A stretch of DNA of 64,000 nt from assembly GCF_009914755.1 (NCBI RefSeq), contig NC_060926.1. One strand, given 5' to 3'. A model generated the notes under the pieces. It saw only the letters and a list, made by a program, of their open reading frames with translations, had not been told where the DNA came from and made no database searches. The translations under genes and the position numbers were made by a program. The stretch's first letter is position 1. Each line of letters starts with the position of its first letter. This document shows, piece after piece, positions 13,409 through 27,149 of the stretch. This DNA comes from the human T2T-CHM13v2.0 reference genome, Homo sapiens.

Positions 13409-15057
13409 GTGGGTGGATATGATTTTAAAGAAGAAATACTTTAGCTGTGAATGTATTCTTGGAATAACAATGAAATGTAGAAAATAGCCCTGAAGTTCAA
13501 TAACAGGAACTAGATAATGATAATTTCTATAATGGTATACTAATATGTAATTAAGATTTAGTTGTAGAAGTATATTTATATTTTAATGACATGGAACAAT
13601 TGTACGTATATATTTAGAGAATACATATTGTATTCTTTCTCGAACACATACATAGACATCTGAAAAGTCATATTCAAAAGTTTAACAGTTATTCTCTATT
13701 GATGGTAACTTATTTTTTTATATGTACTCATAAGTTTTCCTTTTTAAAATACAATATGTATACACATCTCTCAGTATTAATAAAAATACACTTAAAGCTA
13801 AAAAGTAGCTAAACTTACTTCAAGTAAAAAAATTAATAGATATACTTTGCAATTAACCTTATCAATGAGAATTACCCAGTTTCAAATTATATTCAAAATT
13901 TATTTTAATTATTCATTAGTTTTTTTTCTAGATTTTAGTTTGGACCACTGCTTTCGTTGCCTTTTTTGTTTTTCTTTTAGTACTATGTATTTTGTTCTGC
14001 ACTTTTGCTCCTATGTAGACATAATGCTTAATTTTTTGCATCTAACACCTGGTTGCCCTGTCCAAAAGAACAATTTTTTATGAACTGTTAATTAAGCCAG
14101 TAGTTATAAAATATTTGGTGGCTAGCTTTCGCCTTTTTAAGAGAAAGCTGTGAGACTAAATTATTCAATTAAGACATGTTATGAATCTAAAGTTCCTATA
14201 TAAAACAGACATATTTCAACAAATAGCTTTGGGCTTAAGGTAGCCTATGTACTTAAACATCTCATGGCAATATTTTCATTTAAACACTGAATTAGAATGA
14301 CAACATCACAAAGGCTAAAAATCTTATCAAAATTGAGTTTGAAATATACTACTTCATTTCATTTATTTTTGTATTTTTTCATGGAGGAAACGTAAAAAGA
14401 TTTGATTTTGCACTTGATTAGATTAACTGTAATTAATGTAAGGTTAATGGTGTTATCTTGATCGCCATTTTACTCATCTGTTTATACACTAAGGTTTTTA
14501 TTTTAGTTTTGAAAATGCTTTACCACAAATCTCTAAACTAGAGGCAGCTTTGATTGAGAAGCCAGATATTGATTGTGAGTTACACATATTTTTATACAGA
14601 CTTCAAAATATTCCTTTTTGTCCATATAGTCTTAAAGAAAACAAATGAGAAGAGTTCTTTCTTGAAATATGTCTTTCGTTTTCAATGGGATTAAAGTGAA
14701 AAATAAAGTATCCCTTCCTTCAATATTTTCACAACTCTTCAAGATTATTACTGTTCAGTATTTGATTTATATGAGTTTGAAAAATGAAGATGATGATGAT
14801 AGAGTGGAAACCTGGCAACAGATATATAAAAATAATTTGGCTTCAAAGATCCAAGGATACTGATTAAAGCAAAGGGAAAATCAAGTTAACTGATGATCCA
14901 ATTAGCAAGAAGAAGGAGGACAAAATGACTGTACTTTAACCTGAGCAGTGGCCCTGCCAAATTTTTAGTAGATGCTTAAATAATATAGCAGTAAAATTTT
15001 ACTTGCTTTTCTCTTCTTTTGTAGTTTTTTCATATAGGAGAGGAAAAGAGGCAAATA

Positions 15058-15110
15058 ATAGAGTAGAGAGAAAGAAGAAAGAGAGAGAAAGAGGGAGAGA
15101 GAGAGGTGAG
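15058..15110. repeat. GA-rich low-complexity tract
   Basis: Direct inspection. Confidence 0.75.
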
Positions 15111-15404
15111 ATTGAGGTAGGATGATTGCAAAAGCAAGCAATCAAGAATTGCAAGCTATGGCCACAAGTATTGAAACACTGTTTATCTCAGGACACTCTG
15201 TTCTGTGACCTAGTTGTAGATGTATGAGTGCAGTGCAGGGATATACATAGAGTTCTGTCATTCTATAACTAGAAAAAAAGATTTGAGATCATTTGGAAAT
15301 GAATGTCCCATCCAAGATCAATGAAAAGAAATAACTGTAGCACACACACTATCAAAAGCAAGACGGAATCTGAGATTTTTGGAGTTGGATTTCATCACCC
15401 ATGC

Positions 15405-15540
15405 ATAGCAACCCAATAATTTTATGCTGAGAATGCAAAGATTCATGATCATGAAATGCCACACAGCTAGTGGTCTAGCACTGAGTGTGAATTAGAATCC
15501 AGGTCTCATGATTCCAGATTCAAGAATACTTTTAGTCCAT
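15405..15540 (-). mobile_element. MIR fragment
   Basis: 'cacacagctagtgg...gaattagaatccaggtctcatgattccagattca'. Confidence 0.6.
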
Positions 15541-15899
15541 AGGCTATTACTCCTACAAATAAAAAATGCAAAGAGGGATGTGCCAAAGCTGAGAACAAAT
15601 GACATTATGTCCTTACCATCTTAATAATCTACTCTACAAGTTCTATAAGCATGGGTAAGAATGATTTATGTAATTATCAAAAGTTGCTTCAAAGGCCAAA
15701 AGAGGATGTAGGATCTGGTCAATGTTGATTACATTTTCTAAGACTGTTTAATGTTCATATTGTCTCAGACTCAGTTAACACTTTAATATGTTTGTGCACA
15801 TTGAAATTTATACCTTAACAAAATAAACATCAGATAAGAAAAAAATAGCAAATGGCTTTTATATATATCAACTGTATTACAATAAACTGCATAAACAGT

Positions 15900-17260
15900 A
15901 AATACTCATGTTTCTCTAAAATAATAGCAGCCAACTAAACTTTCCAAAAAGTATACATATCAACAAAAAATAACGAACATAACTGACAACATCTACACCC
16001 AAAACATAATAGGTGGAAAGAGAATGCTACAAAGTTTAATTCATACAGAACTAAAATATAACTTCAAACCAGCAAAGCCAATGGCGACTTGCATGCCAGA
16101 ATAGAGGGTTAGACAGAGATGGTTTAGGAATAAAATAAGGGTACAGAGGCGTAACAGTTGCAGAAATTGGAGGAAAATCACACCCAGAAAGAGAGAAGCA
16201 CAGCCTAATGGGGAAATTAGAGAAGATCTGAGACTGGTGGGTCAGAGGAATGATTCCTGACATGGCAACAGAAGGTCTTGACATTTCGCTGGAATGAAAA
16301 TAGTCAGTTTAAGGTCCCACTTCAGAAAAAGAGGAAGAATGAAGTGAAAGGAGGAGAAAAGAAGAAAACTGAAGAATCTACAGAAAGTAAAGAGAAACGC
16401 AAAGCAAAAAGACACATCAAACCCTTCCCAACATTCTTCCTCCCAAGATGTTTGCTCAACAAAAAACAAAACAAAAAAATCTTTAGTTAATTATAATAAG
16501 AGGAGAGGTTCTCAAGGAAATTTAGCTGACCAACTCAATCACCCGCTCCTCCTAAAAAGAATTACCTGTTGTTATTGCTGGTCTGAAATAATATAGGGAA
16601 TTTCAAAGTAAATAAAGGACTAGTCAACATCCTTAAAAGCATATTGGAAGGAAAAAATTAAGTATTTTAGCAATCGGATGTTGGAATTGAGAAAATTTTC
16701 ACAGAACTACTCCTGGATAAGATCCAGTTAGAATATTGGAAAAGTAAGCCAAATTTGTAATATCATAGAAAAAGAAAAAATACTAGATAAAATAGTTTAA
16801 AATTTATACAAAAAAAATCCAAATACGAATGAAAATTTAGCATTATAAAAGTAACATTTCAAATCACTGGGGAAAATACAGACTTTTTACCTAAAAGGTA
16901 TTAGACGATTAGACTTTCATGTGGAAAAACATGAAATTGGATTCATACCTCACATTAGAATAAACTCCAAATGAAAAAGATATCTAAACATACCAAACAA
17001 ATCCATATAAGTACTAGAGGAAAACATAGATGAATTGATTTATAAATGATAATAGATGAAGCCTTTCTAATTACAACTCAATTCGGATGCAAAAAAGATA
17101 AAAGATTCATTAATTTGACAAAACATTTCAATGACAAAAAATGGCAAAAGTCAAAATAAAATCGAGAAGAAAAAATTGCTGTATATGTCACAGATGAAAA
17201 AATAATTTCTCTAATATATAACAAACTAAAATATGAGATTAGCAAATTAAAAATAAAAAA
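15900..17260 (+). mobile_element. Old L1M fragments (5' region plus late ORF2)
   Basis: ORF2-like 'atgaaattggattcatacctcacatt...aaactccaaatg...aagtactagaggaaaacatag' at 16930-17030; upstream part tentative. Confidence 0.5.
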
Positions 17261-17835
17261 ATTGCAGAATAGCCTGTATCCGGTATACTGTGTAGAAAAT
17301 GAGTAATTTTAATATTGTTGTTATATTACTAAAACTGAATTTAAAATACAAAAAATAAAATAAATTTAAGTCCAGTCTTAGTTATTTTATGAAGAATTAG
17401 ATGAAGAATTCATATACTTATTATATGAAGAATGCATTCATCTCTCAAAATAGAAATGGTTTAAAACTTTCTTAGGACAGTTAAATTACAACTCACATGT
17501 CTCGTTGGTCAATTTCCAATGGTAAGAAGCTGCATCCATTAGAAATTATTTTACAAGATATTTGGCTATTTGGTTATTTGAAAGAGAACTTATATGTGTT
17601 TAAACTCTCATAATACTGGTAATAATATGAACAACATAAATAATTACTATTATTTTAGAAACATGTGCCCTGCACCGTTTTATATGCTTTCCATGTATTT
17701 ATAGCTTCTGGAACAGATTTTGGGAAGAACAAATAGGCCCATAAGGCATAGTTTCTCCTAATTTATGCTTTCTGAAAACTTATTTAAGTGTAAACTGCAA
17801 TTTTTTTTGGCAAACTCAAAGACAGTAATATGTAT

Positions 17836-18121
17836 CAGGAATTCCCAAAACATGTTCCAAGGAACCATAGAATGAATGTTAATAGGTTTAATTTTCAGGA
17901 AAATAATAATCAGTGGGGGAAAGGGAGATTCAAAGTAAAATGCACTTAGGAAAAGTTGGGCGATTAATGTGTATTTTAAATTCAGAAAGTCACTGCAATT
18001 TTAATATTCATCATGACACTCCAAAAGGGAAATGAAGTATGTATCATTTCCCAAACACATTTATTTCCTGAGCCACTTTTCAAGGACTAGTGCTCCTCAA
18101 AAATTTATTTGGGAAATATTG
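17836..18121. mobile_element. hAT-Charlie-type MITE (MER5-like)
   Basis: Degenerate TIRs caggaattcccaaa ... tttgggaaatattg. Confidence 0.5.
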
Positions 18122-19374
18122 ACTCAGATGAAAATGTGGTAAGAAACATTGAAACTGCACTCCATCTAATGCTTTGGGGATTTTTAAGATTTTCCTACTA
18201 ATGGAGTCAAAATCCCAAAGTGTGAAAAGACGGAAATCACAATTTGAGGAGTATTACTTAATTTGAACCACAGAGAAACAATCATAATCATTGTCAGCAG
18301 AAAACAAGCAAAAAAAAAAAAATCAATATACAAAAGTTAAAGGAAACCTGACCACGTAATTTGAATTCATAAATCAACCATCAAATGATATTAAAGAAGT
18401 AAAATTATTCTCTCATTTCATCACAAAACATCCATTAGTTACATTTTGTATTAAAGGAAAAAGATGCTCACACTTGATCTTTAAAAGAGATTGAATATGT
18501 GTTGCTCACAAGACATACAAGAAATTCTAATTTTCAAAAGTTATATCCAAATAAAAATGGCAACTTTCCAAGAAAGGGGTGTTTTGTAAAAAGCCATTAT
18601 TAATTTTAGTAGAAGTGGACACATTTCTAATAACCTAATAATCTCTGATAACTTCTGATAACATTAATTTTAAAAGTTAAAAATAATAACTAAATAAATA
18701 ATAAATAATAACTAACAACCAAATGGCTCTAAATACAGATTATTTCTGGTACAGATAATTCTAGCTAAAATACAGATAGTTCTACCTGAAAGGTTTTTTC
18801 TACTTGTGGTTTCTAAATAATTGTGTAAGTCTAAACTAAGTCCTCTCCTACAGTTAAGACATGCATCTTCCAAGAATCTAATGAAAACACTTGGGAACTT
18901 CCTTAAAGAGAACTCATCCTAAGAAGATGAGAATATTGCCTGGCAAGTTTGACCCAATAATAAAATCTCAAGGTCAGAGGTAGAACAGATTTCAGCTTTC
19001 TCATTGCATCCTGCCCTTCTTATATTTTACAAAAATCAGAGACTCATCTATGTGTCCCAAGGATAAAAAAAGCTCTAAATCAGATCTGAAAAACTCAAAA
19101 TTGTATACATTTTGGGTGCATTTTATTTGTACATGTCTCATATGTTTAACATCAGGAGAAAGTCACTTTTCATAGCATACAAGTTTTTCCTCACAAACAT
19201 AAGCAGATATATCACATGAGGATAAGTTTGACACAGTTAAGGCAACAGTCAATAACATTCCCAATTAAAGTCAAATGTGCATATTATACTGAAAAATATC
19301 AGTTAATTAATTGTATGTAGTCATAATGTTTACCACTGTACGATGTTAAAAATATACAGAGTACCAGTGGAAGG

Positions 19375-19595
19375 AATTCACAGAAAGAAATACTTGGGTA
19401 TTCAAAATTTTTTATTCTCTAAAATTAAATCTCTTTTAAAATGCAGTAGTTTCCCTCAGAAAGCAGTTGGCAGTCCATTACTTAAGGCATTCATGCACAT
19501 GCTAGAAAACCTTATGATACTTATGCACTCATGAGAATTCAAGAGCTAATGCATAATTTGACAACATGGCATAGTAGGTCCCCTTGGACCAGAGA
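19375..19595 (+). mobile_element. L3/CR1 3' end relic
   Basis: 'ccattacttaaggcattcatgcacatgctagaaaac...ttgacaacatggcatagtaggtccctt' resembles the CR1/L3 tail. Confidence 0.55.
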
Positions 19596-20851
19596 TGCCA
19601 GCATGCTGTTTGTAAAAATACTGACTCATATAATCTACTATATCTAGCTAAAAGGTATTTTCTACTTATGGTTTCTAAATTGACCAGTTTTGAGGATATG
19701 TCTAAACTATTTCATAAATTTGTTTGTAATCACTTGAAACTTTCACACTGTTAGGTGGCTACGATAGCCAAAAACAACAGGTCAGTTGATTATCCATATG
19801 ATTCTTTTAATCACATGGCAATACTTTGAAAAGTCATGTTAATGTTTCTATTTCTAGGATGGGCAAAGGCTCTGAATTATATCTGGTGATGGTATTACAA
19901 ATAAAGCCACTATTAGAAATCTTTTGAGAGTAACTGGAGTGACTTTTTCTTTTGTGACCTGGCTATTCAACCCTGGAAAACTGACTTGATTGTAAATTTG
20001 CTCACCGAATATCTGTATTTGTATATTTATCACATATAATTTGCATATAAATATACAATTTCAATAATTACAGCATATAATACGTCTGTTGCAATACATA
20101 TATACACATGCGCACATTGTTATTTACAATGTATAGTCTCATATCTGCACATAGCTATACTAGATACAACTCATTAATAATTTATGCATTATATTTTATC
20201 TTAACAATAAAGTATAATATAGCAGCTTTCACTTTCTTAGAAAATTTATTTACTAAATATTAGAAATTATATTGTATTTTAAAGTGAAACAAAGGAAAAT
20301 ACTTCGGCAAACATTTCAATAGTTTAAAATTTAAAAGACAATCTTAGTAGAATAATCCCAAGTAGGTATTCTTCCATTAAAAATTTTTGACACTGCATTT
20401 GCATTTCTATTTGTAACTTATCTAATATTTATAGCATCCTGTGTTAATTTATAATTCTATTTATACAAAACTTGTGGAAGACAATTTACCATGAATAAAA
20501 GTGCTTCATATTCAAATAAGCTTCATAAATAGATTACCTCTAAGTTCTTTACTAGTGAGTGTACTCTCCAATTGCTGTACCCTTTATCCATGAGAACGAA
20601 AATTTAGTAATTATAAAAATGATGCCTCATCCATGTCTGTGTAGCCTGTAAAATTTGTAAATCAAGCTCACAAATGTTGTCAGAACAAAGGTAGGCTTAT
20701 ATGATACATCAAGCTAAAATCATTCATCCTCTACACCAATAGGCATAGAACTGCAAATGCAGCCTCAGAACTGCTCATCTCTCCCAGTTGTGGCTTCTCG
20801 CAAAAGGAAACAGCCAGACTGCTAGAGATTTAAATATTCCTCTACTTTTAC

Positions 20852-21017
20852 CTTGAACTCTAGATCTGTCCATGATCTACCCATAAATCCAGCAAACTCT
20901 TCAGGTTGCGCAACTAAGACAACAATCTGTGCCTTCATCACGCCATCGGAATGGAATGTGACGAGCCACAGTGATAAACATACTGTGAAAAATACATTGG
21001 TGGTGATGAGCCCAATT
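20852..21017 (-). other. Candidate internal exon (166 nt) of an unidentified minus-strand transcript
   Basis: Minus-strand acceptor ...ttttttataaaaaacag| and donor AAG|gtaaaa; strong upstream donor AAG|gtaagt at 21098/21097; apparently unique sequence. Confidence 0.35.
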
Positions 21018-21454
21018 CTGTTTTTTATAAAAAATTAAGAAAATGGCTAACTTCCATGCAGTCTGTGGAGGGTGGTAACACAACCCCGATTACTTACCTT
21101 GACAACTGAATTAATCTTCTTCTTTTCTTTTTCTCTTTTCAATAACATATGGGCTTCCACTCAGCTGTGGAAGGTGGTGGAACCTCACTGGGATCACATC
21201 TGTCAGGTTTACAGGGTGAATAAAAGCACTCAGCAGGTTTGTGTGCTACTGTGTGTATGAACACAGGGCAAATTTGTGCCAAGTAAAGTCTATGTCCTTG
21301 GAAAAACACTTTGGTTTTATACCATAGATATTAAAGATCATTATTTATTACATAGATGAACCCTACAAAATATTCCTTATGGGAAAATTTCATAAAATTA
21401 ATGTAAGTATTTAAAGTGTCTTACACTGGTTAGAGTTTTTCTCCATCTCCTATG

Positions 21455-21488
21455 CACACACACAAACACACACACACACAGACACACG
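21455..21488. repeat. (CA)n microsatellite, interrupted
   Basis: Direct inspection. Confidence 0.85.
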
Positions 21489-23696
21489 ATTTAGCCTCTT
21501 GGTTATGTTTCCCACATATTGGGTCCAAATGATCACTTCAAAAATAATTTAGATAATAAACACTCAAACTGTGCAATCAGGGCCAAAAAGTAAAATAAGG
21601 TGAAAAAGTGCTTCAACTTGAGTGCAAAAATGACAGTTTTCATCAGATATAGACATATTTTAATTTCTACTTGACCCTGATCCAGAGTACTGCAAATTTT
21701 GTCCTATTCTATGAAAAAAAATCATCAAGCTTAAACAATACATGTGGCTTATGTCAGAAGCAACTTTTCATGATATTGCAAAGATTCCAAAAATTAAATA
21801 TGCTAGAATTGACAAAAGTTTATATGGTTCAAAGTTACAGGCTACTTGTCAATTGTTTAGAGAGTTTTTTCAGAAGAAATTACTTTATTTAAAACTGTAG
21901 TCTTTTTATATTTTCACTTAGTTAAAAAGTGTTATCTAATTAAATACTTAAGAGTCAGTCTTATTTTTAAATCTTTTTGTTTCAAATAAGCCAGAGTTTA
22001 TTGGACACTTTCTGATTGCACTGTCTTAAGGGCAGTGAGGTCTGCATGAGATGTATATGATGTTTCCTTGTACCAGGAACACATTGTTTGGCAATACTAG
22101 ATACATCTAAAAGATAGAGTTAAATAATCATGTAACACAACTTCTATCAAACTAATCAAAATTATGCAAGAAGTGTGAGTTATGAATGTTTGAAACAGGG
22201 AAATTAGAAGAAATCTGGAATCTCTACCTTGAATTGTTCTAAATTTGGGAATGAGAATATTCTGATGAGGAAGCCCAGCATACTTTGTAAGACGGACACT
22301 CGTAGCTTATTTAAATTTCAGAAAGGAGATGATTGTTTAGACAATTCTGCTGTCAATGCTCCAATGAGTTTGAAAGCAATACACGTACTCTGAGAACTTG
22401 TGATGACAAGGCAAGCTTTCTGCTGAATTTTGCTTGTTTGCCCCGTGCAGAGTAGGCAGCGTCAATAATGCAATCACCTTCCATGCTGCATTTAGAGAAA
22501 ACTTAGCTCTCTGGAAATTAAACTCCTGAGTGGATAGAGGAAAGAAATATGGTCATATACACCTGTGACATCTCAAATTCTGTCTTTGTATCTAAAATAA
22601 AAGTAAGAGCTTGTGTGTAAGGGACAGCTATTTTTATTACCAACTCTATTGGGCATAAATAAAACAAAAATGAATCAACTTCAATTTTCTAAATTTTCTC
22701 ATGCATAGTTTACATATGGTATGTGCTATATAAGTGTATAATGTTATGACAAATGTGCCTTTTATTAATCTCTGGTAAACAGGCATAATATTAGATGTGA
22801 TGAAGGAAAAGAGAAAAGGAGTAAGAAGGAGTCTCAAATCCTTAGGCCTTTGTTAAAGGTAGCCGTTATAGCTGTTGTCATGCCTATATCAAGTTGCAAT
22901 TCCAATTAATACAACTAAAAGGTAATACACTTAGGCAAATACTATTTTTTAATCACTGGCTGGGCTATGACATTTCAAATGCAATCTCCTTCAGTGACTG
23001 GAACTTGGAGGCATGTTAATTCCCATTGCACAGTTAGGATTGTTACTGGCTCTGCAGTCTCCTTTCCTTGATCCCCATCTCCATTCCTGCCTGGCCAATT
23101 AATACTAGCAGTACCACTCATTCCATAGAGGGCAGAAGCATAAGACGTTTTCCATACTGGTAGAATTAAGCCATCAAAGGGAAGACAATCTAAATAGGAA
23201 ACGCTTTACATGAAAAATAATTTAATCTTTTTATGTTTCCAAATGTAAACTGCAGTCCTAACAGGATGGCCCAGATTTGCTCCTTTGTTCAGTTTCCTAT
23301 TAGAGTTTCTCTTTAGAATTGAAGAGGGTGAGAGCACAAGTGAGTGGTAAGCCATCTACTGAGTTATACACATCTTGTTATACCCTTGTTTTTTTCTGTT
23401 TTTAAACTCTGTATGAAAATAAAATACATGCTCATTATGTAGAGACTATGTACTTGCTTTTAAATTCATGAGAGTGCTTTGACAAATTACTTCTTTTCTC
23501 TTAATATCTTAACAATTAGCAATTTTAAATGGAATTTTGCTATCCAATTTATCCTATCAAATTTTTGGAAATCAGCAGATTACATAGCTTATTTGAAAGG
23601 TAAAAAACAGCAATTGAAATGATTTCTTTGCTTCAATAAAAATTTCACACCTGTAGAAAGGAGTAATCTCGAAACATTTATAAAAGTTAGTATAGT

Positions 23697-23829
23697 TGGA
23701 AGGCTGAGGCAGGAGAATCGCTTGAACCCAGGAGGTGGAGGATGAGGTGAGCAGAGAATGCACCAATGCACTCCAGCCAGGGTAACAAGAGCAAAGCTCC
23801 GTCTCAAAAAAAAAAAAAAAAAAAAAAAA
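23697..23829 (+). mobile_element. 5'-truncated AluS (Sq/Sp-like) right-arm fragment
   Basis: 'aggctgaggcaggagaatcgcttgaacc...aacaagagcaaagctccgtctc' plus long A tail; TSD agttagta(t/c)agt at 23685-23696 and 23831-23842. Confidence 0.92.
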
Positions 23830-24446
23830 GAGTTAGTACAGTAATGGGTGGTAATGCAAAATAATTATTTAATTAATGTCCTCTATTCAAATATGCATTA
23901 ATGTTTTTATTTTTCACAGCCATATAGAGTTTCCTGAGCATCTGGACGTATTAAATTTTATGGAAAATATCTACTATATCTAAAAAGCTCTAGGATGTGT
24001 TAGAAAAGGTATAGAAGATATATAAAATATAGTCACTATACATTATATATAATAGAGATTTTATATTTTATATATACTGACTGTATAAAATATAAAACTA
24101 TATATAGTTATACTTTTAATTTTTACATACGTTGTAGACCATTTGTTAATTTCTGCTTTTTCATTTAGCAATTCACATATTTTGAAAGGTTAATCTTCCC
24201 AGAAACAGAACCTAGTTTATACAAGGATGTTCTCTTTGATTAATTTACATTCACAAATCAGTAGAGAAAGGAAGGTTTATGAGCAAAGCGTGTTGTAAAA
24301 TTGGTAAGCTACACAGTTGAAGAAATATGAGACTCTTATGTAACTCCTTACATCAAAATGAATAATTGATCAAAAGATCAACCTAAAAATTGAGATGAAA
24401 TATATATGAGTATGCATATACCTCAAGATAAGAAAAAACTTTAACA

Positions 24447-24563
24447 ATTTATTCAACAAATATATATAGAGAGAGATGCTGGGACACAGAAGTGAACAAA
24501 ACTGCAAAAACACCTGCCCTCATGAAACTTAAATTCTATTGGAGGGAGAGAAAGACTAATAAA

Positions 24564-24616
<53 letters not shown>

Positions 24617-24910
24617 AACTATATTTTATAATAGTGCATAAATACTATTGAGAGGTAGGGCAAAAAGTGTTGGAGGTGAATGATTTTAGGGTTGACTACC
24701 CATGTTAAGCTTTATGGAGAAGGTGATATTTGAACAAAGAATAGAAAGAGGTGACAAATAAACCCTGCAGATGCCTGGGAGAAGATATCCTACATGAAGG
24801 CAATAGCTAATGCAAAGGACCTAATGTGAATTCATGTCTGACACGTGGAAGGAGTAAGGAAGTTAGTGTAGCTGAAAGGGAGGAAAGGCAGGAAAAAGTA
24901 ATAGAAAAAT
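24447..24910 (-). mobile_element. L2 3' portion containing a (CA)n(TA)n tract at ~24565-24616
   Basis: 'atttattcaacaaatat...gggacacagaagtgaacaaaac...cctgccctcatgaaactta', 'gaaggtgatatttgaacaaaga'. Confidence 0.8.
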
Positions 24911-25198
24911 TATTAAAACTATGGATGGAATTACTAGGAATATTGATAGACTTTATTACGTATGCATTTACAACTTCTGAACATTAAATACAAAGATAAA
25001 TTAAAAGGCAAAAACAGGTGAAATATTGGTAACAATTATAACAAAAAGTAATTCACTAGATAGTTAGATCTATGAGAGCTAGAACAAGTTCTTTGTTCAT
25101 TATGGAATCCTCAAGGCACACAACATTGCCTTTTGCATGACATCCATACTTATACCAATCTTGAATATTGTTTAATAACTGAATATATGCTAGTAGAC

Positions 25199-25527
25199 AC
25201 CAGGTGCGGTGGCTCACACCTGTAATCTCAGCACTTTGGGGGGCCAAAGTGGGTGGATCACTTGAGGATAGGAGTTTGAGACCAGCCTGACCAATATGGT
25301 GAAACCCAGTCTCTACTAAAAATACAAAAGTTAGTCAGGCATGATGGATGGCTCATGCCTCTAGTCCCAGCTGCTTGGGAGGCTTGAGGTGGGAGATTGG
25401 CTTGAATCTGGGAAGCACAGATTGCAGTGAGCCAAGATCACACCACTGCACTCCAGTCTAGGTGACAGAGCAAGACTCTGTCTCAAAAACTAATTGAAAA
25501 ACCAAAACCAAAAACAAACAAACAAAA
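25199..25527 (+). mobile_element. Alu (J/old S)
   Basis: Dimeric Alu with a degenerate A/AAAC tail; TSD atat(g/a)ctagtagac at 25185-25198 and 25528-25541. Confidence 0.95.
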
Positions 25528-25699
25528 ATATACTAGTAGACGTATAGAGTGTGGGATACTGATATATATAGTTTTTTGTAGATAAAAATATGAATTTATT
25601 TAAATAGTTTGCAATATGTATCAAAGGTTTCAAAACTTCATATTATTTCATGCTTATCTCTATTCTTGTTTATTTTCAAACCAATAGTCATTGCTCACA

Positions 25700-25840
25700 T
25701 TAAGTTATATATTTATGTTTTTATAATATATCTAATAGGGCAATGGGTTTGTTTTGGTCTTTCTTGTGTGCCAAAGCATAAAATAGTTCCTGGTATATTA
25801 TGGCTTTCTATAAAGATTTCTTAAATAAATAAATGAATAA
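25700..25840 (+). mobile_element. L2 3' end
   Basis: 'aaaatagttcctggtatattatgg...taaataaataaatgaat'. Confidence 0.5.
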
Positions 25841-26284
25841 CTGCCCTCTACCAAATAATTCAATTGAAACATGAAATGCAGTTAAAGATTTATGTGAAAG
25901 TATGTCCATTTAAGTATCATTTAAAGTAACTGAAAAAAATGGGACACTTTACTTTCATAAAAATCGAGATAATAGTTAAAAAGGTGGCATATCTATTCAA
26001 TGGAATATCACTGAAATTAATCATCTTCACAAAGAACATTTAACATTATGGGAAAATGTTCACAATATGCTAAGTAAAAACAGTGCAATTCTGAGTCCTC
26101 TGACATTTAATTAACACTCATTGGATTGAATAATGTTGATTAGAAGTACCAAAATTTAGAATTTTGAAAGACCTAAAAATACGCCAATGCATGCATTTTC
26201 TAACATTTCTTTCTCTCTTTTTTTGGAGTAAGTAAATTCTCCTATTCAAGGAAATTTTTAAGCAGAAGTCCAATGAGAAAAATT

Positions 26285-26702
26285 GTTTTTTTAATTTGTA
26301 TTTTTATTTTAAGTTCCAGAGTACATGTGCAGGATGCGCAGGTTTGTTACATTGGTAAACGTATACCATGGTGGTTTGCTGCACCTATCAACCCATCACA
26401 TAGGTACTAAGCCTGGCGTGCATTAGGTATGTTTGCTAATGCTCTCCCTCCCCCATCCCAAACCCCTACAGGCCCCAGTGTGTGTTGTTCCCCTTCCTGT
26501 GTCCATGTGATCTCCTTGTTCAGCTCCAACTTATAAGTGAGAACATGCAGTGTTTGGTTTTCTGTTCCTGCATTAGTTTGCTTAGGATGATGGCTTCCAG
26601 TTCCATCCATGTCCCTGAAAAGTATGTTATCTCATTTCTTACTATGTCTGTATAGTATTCCATGGTCTATATGTACCACATTTTCTTTATCTAGTCTATC
26701 AT
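26285..26702 (-). mobile_element. 5'-truncated L1PA (PA8-PA13-like) 3' end
   Basis: 'gtacatgtgcaggatgcgcaggtttgttac...ggtggtttgctgcacctatcaaccc...ttataagtgagaacatgcagtgtttggttttctg'. Confidence 0.92.
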
Positions 26703-27149
26703 TTAAAATGGGACCACTGTGACTTAGACAGAAAAAAGGGAGAGCAGTGTTAAGTCTAGTTTCTTCATTCCCGCCCATTTTGCTGACCATGGAAGGCTCA
26801 GAGAAAACCTCTTAGTACTTTTAAGGTATCTCTAAGCACTGTAAAAAAAAATTTTTAAAGACTTTTCTGTTTAATTGAGATCTAGAGAAAGATATAAAAG
26901 CCCAGAATGACATGTTACTGTCTGTAGATATGTGTCGGAGACCAGAAAACAACTCCTTTGATCCTGTTTGAGTACCCTTTTACTATCTCTTCTCCTTGTT
27001 GAGTGGGGGTTCCGAGGTCACCAAAATTCACTCATTGTTACATGCACACTGGATCTGGCAGTAACTTAGCTGACAGAACTGGGCACCATTTACATAGAAT
27101 AAGTAGGCATACTGTGTGCATTTGAGGAGTATCATTTTAACTTCTGATG

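Larger units (their letters stand above)
11100..13760 (+). mobile_element. Old L1M (L1ME/MC-like) ORF2/3'UTR relics
   Basis: ORF 11781-11984 (LLKDDIFYYLENPS...VKMAGYK) resembles the L1 RT motif [12 protein letters not shown]...SKVAGYK; A-rich L1-like flanks; boundaries approximate. Confidence 0.6.

Noticed and set aside
13161-13487. Y/I/C/V-rich ORFs
   Set aside because: Artefacts of the TA/TG microsatellite.
24059-24097. 14-bp perfect inverted repeat ttttatattttata / tataaaatataaaa
   Set aside because: A/T-only low-complexity sequence, expected by chance in a TA-rich tract.
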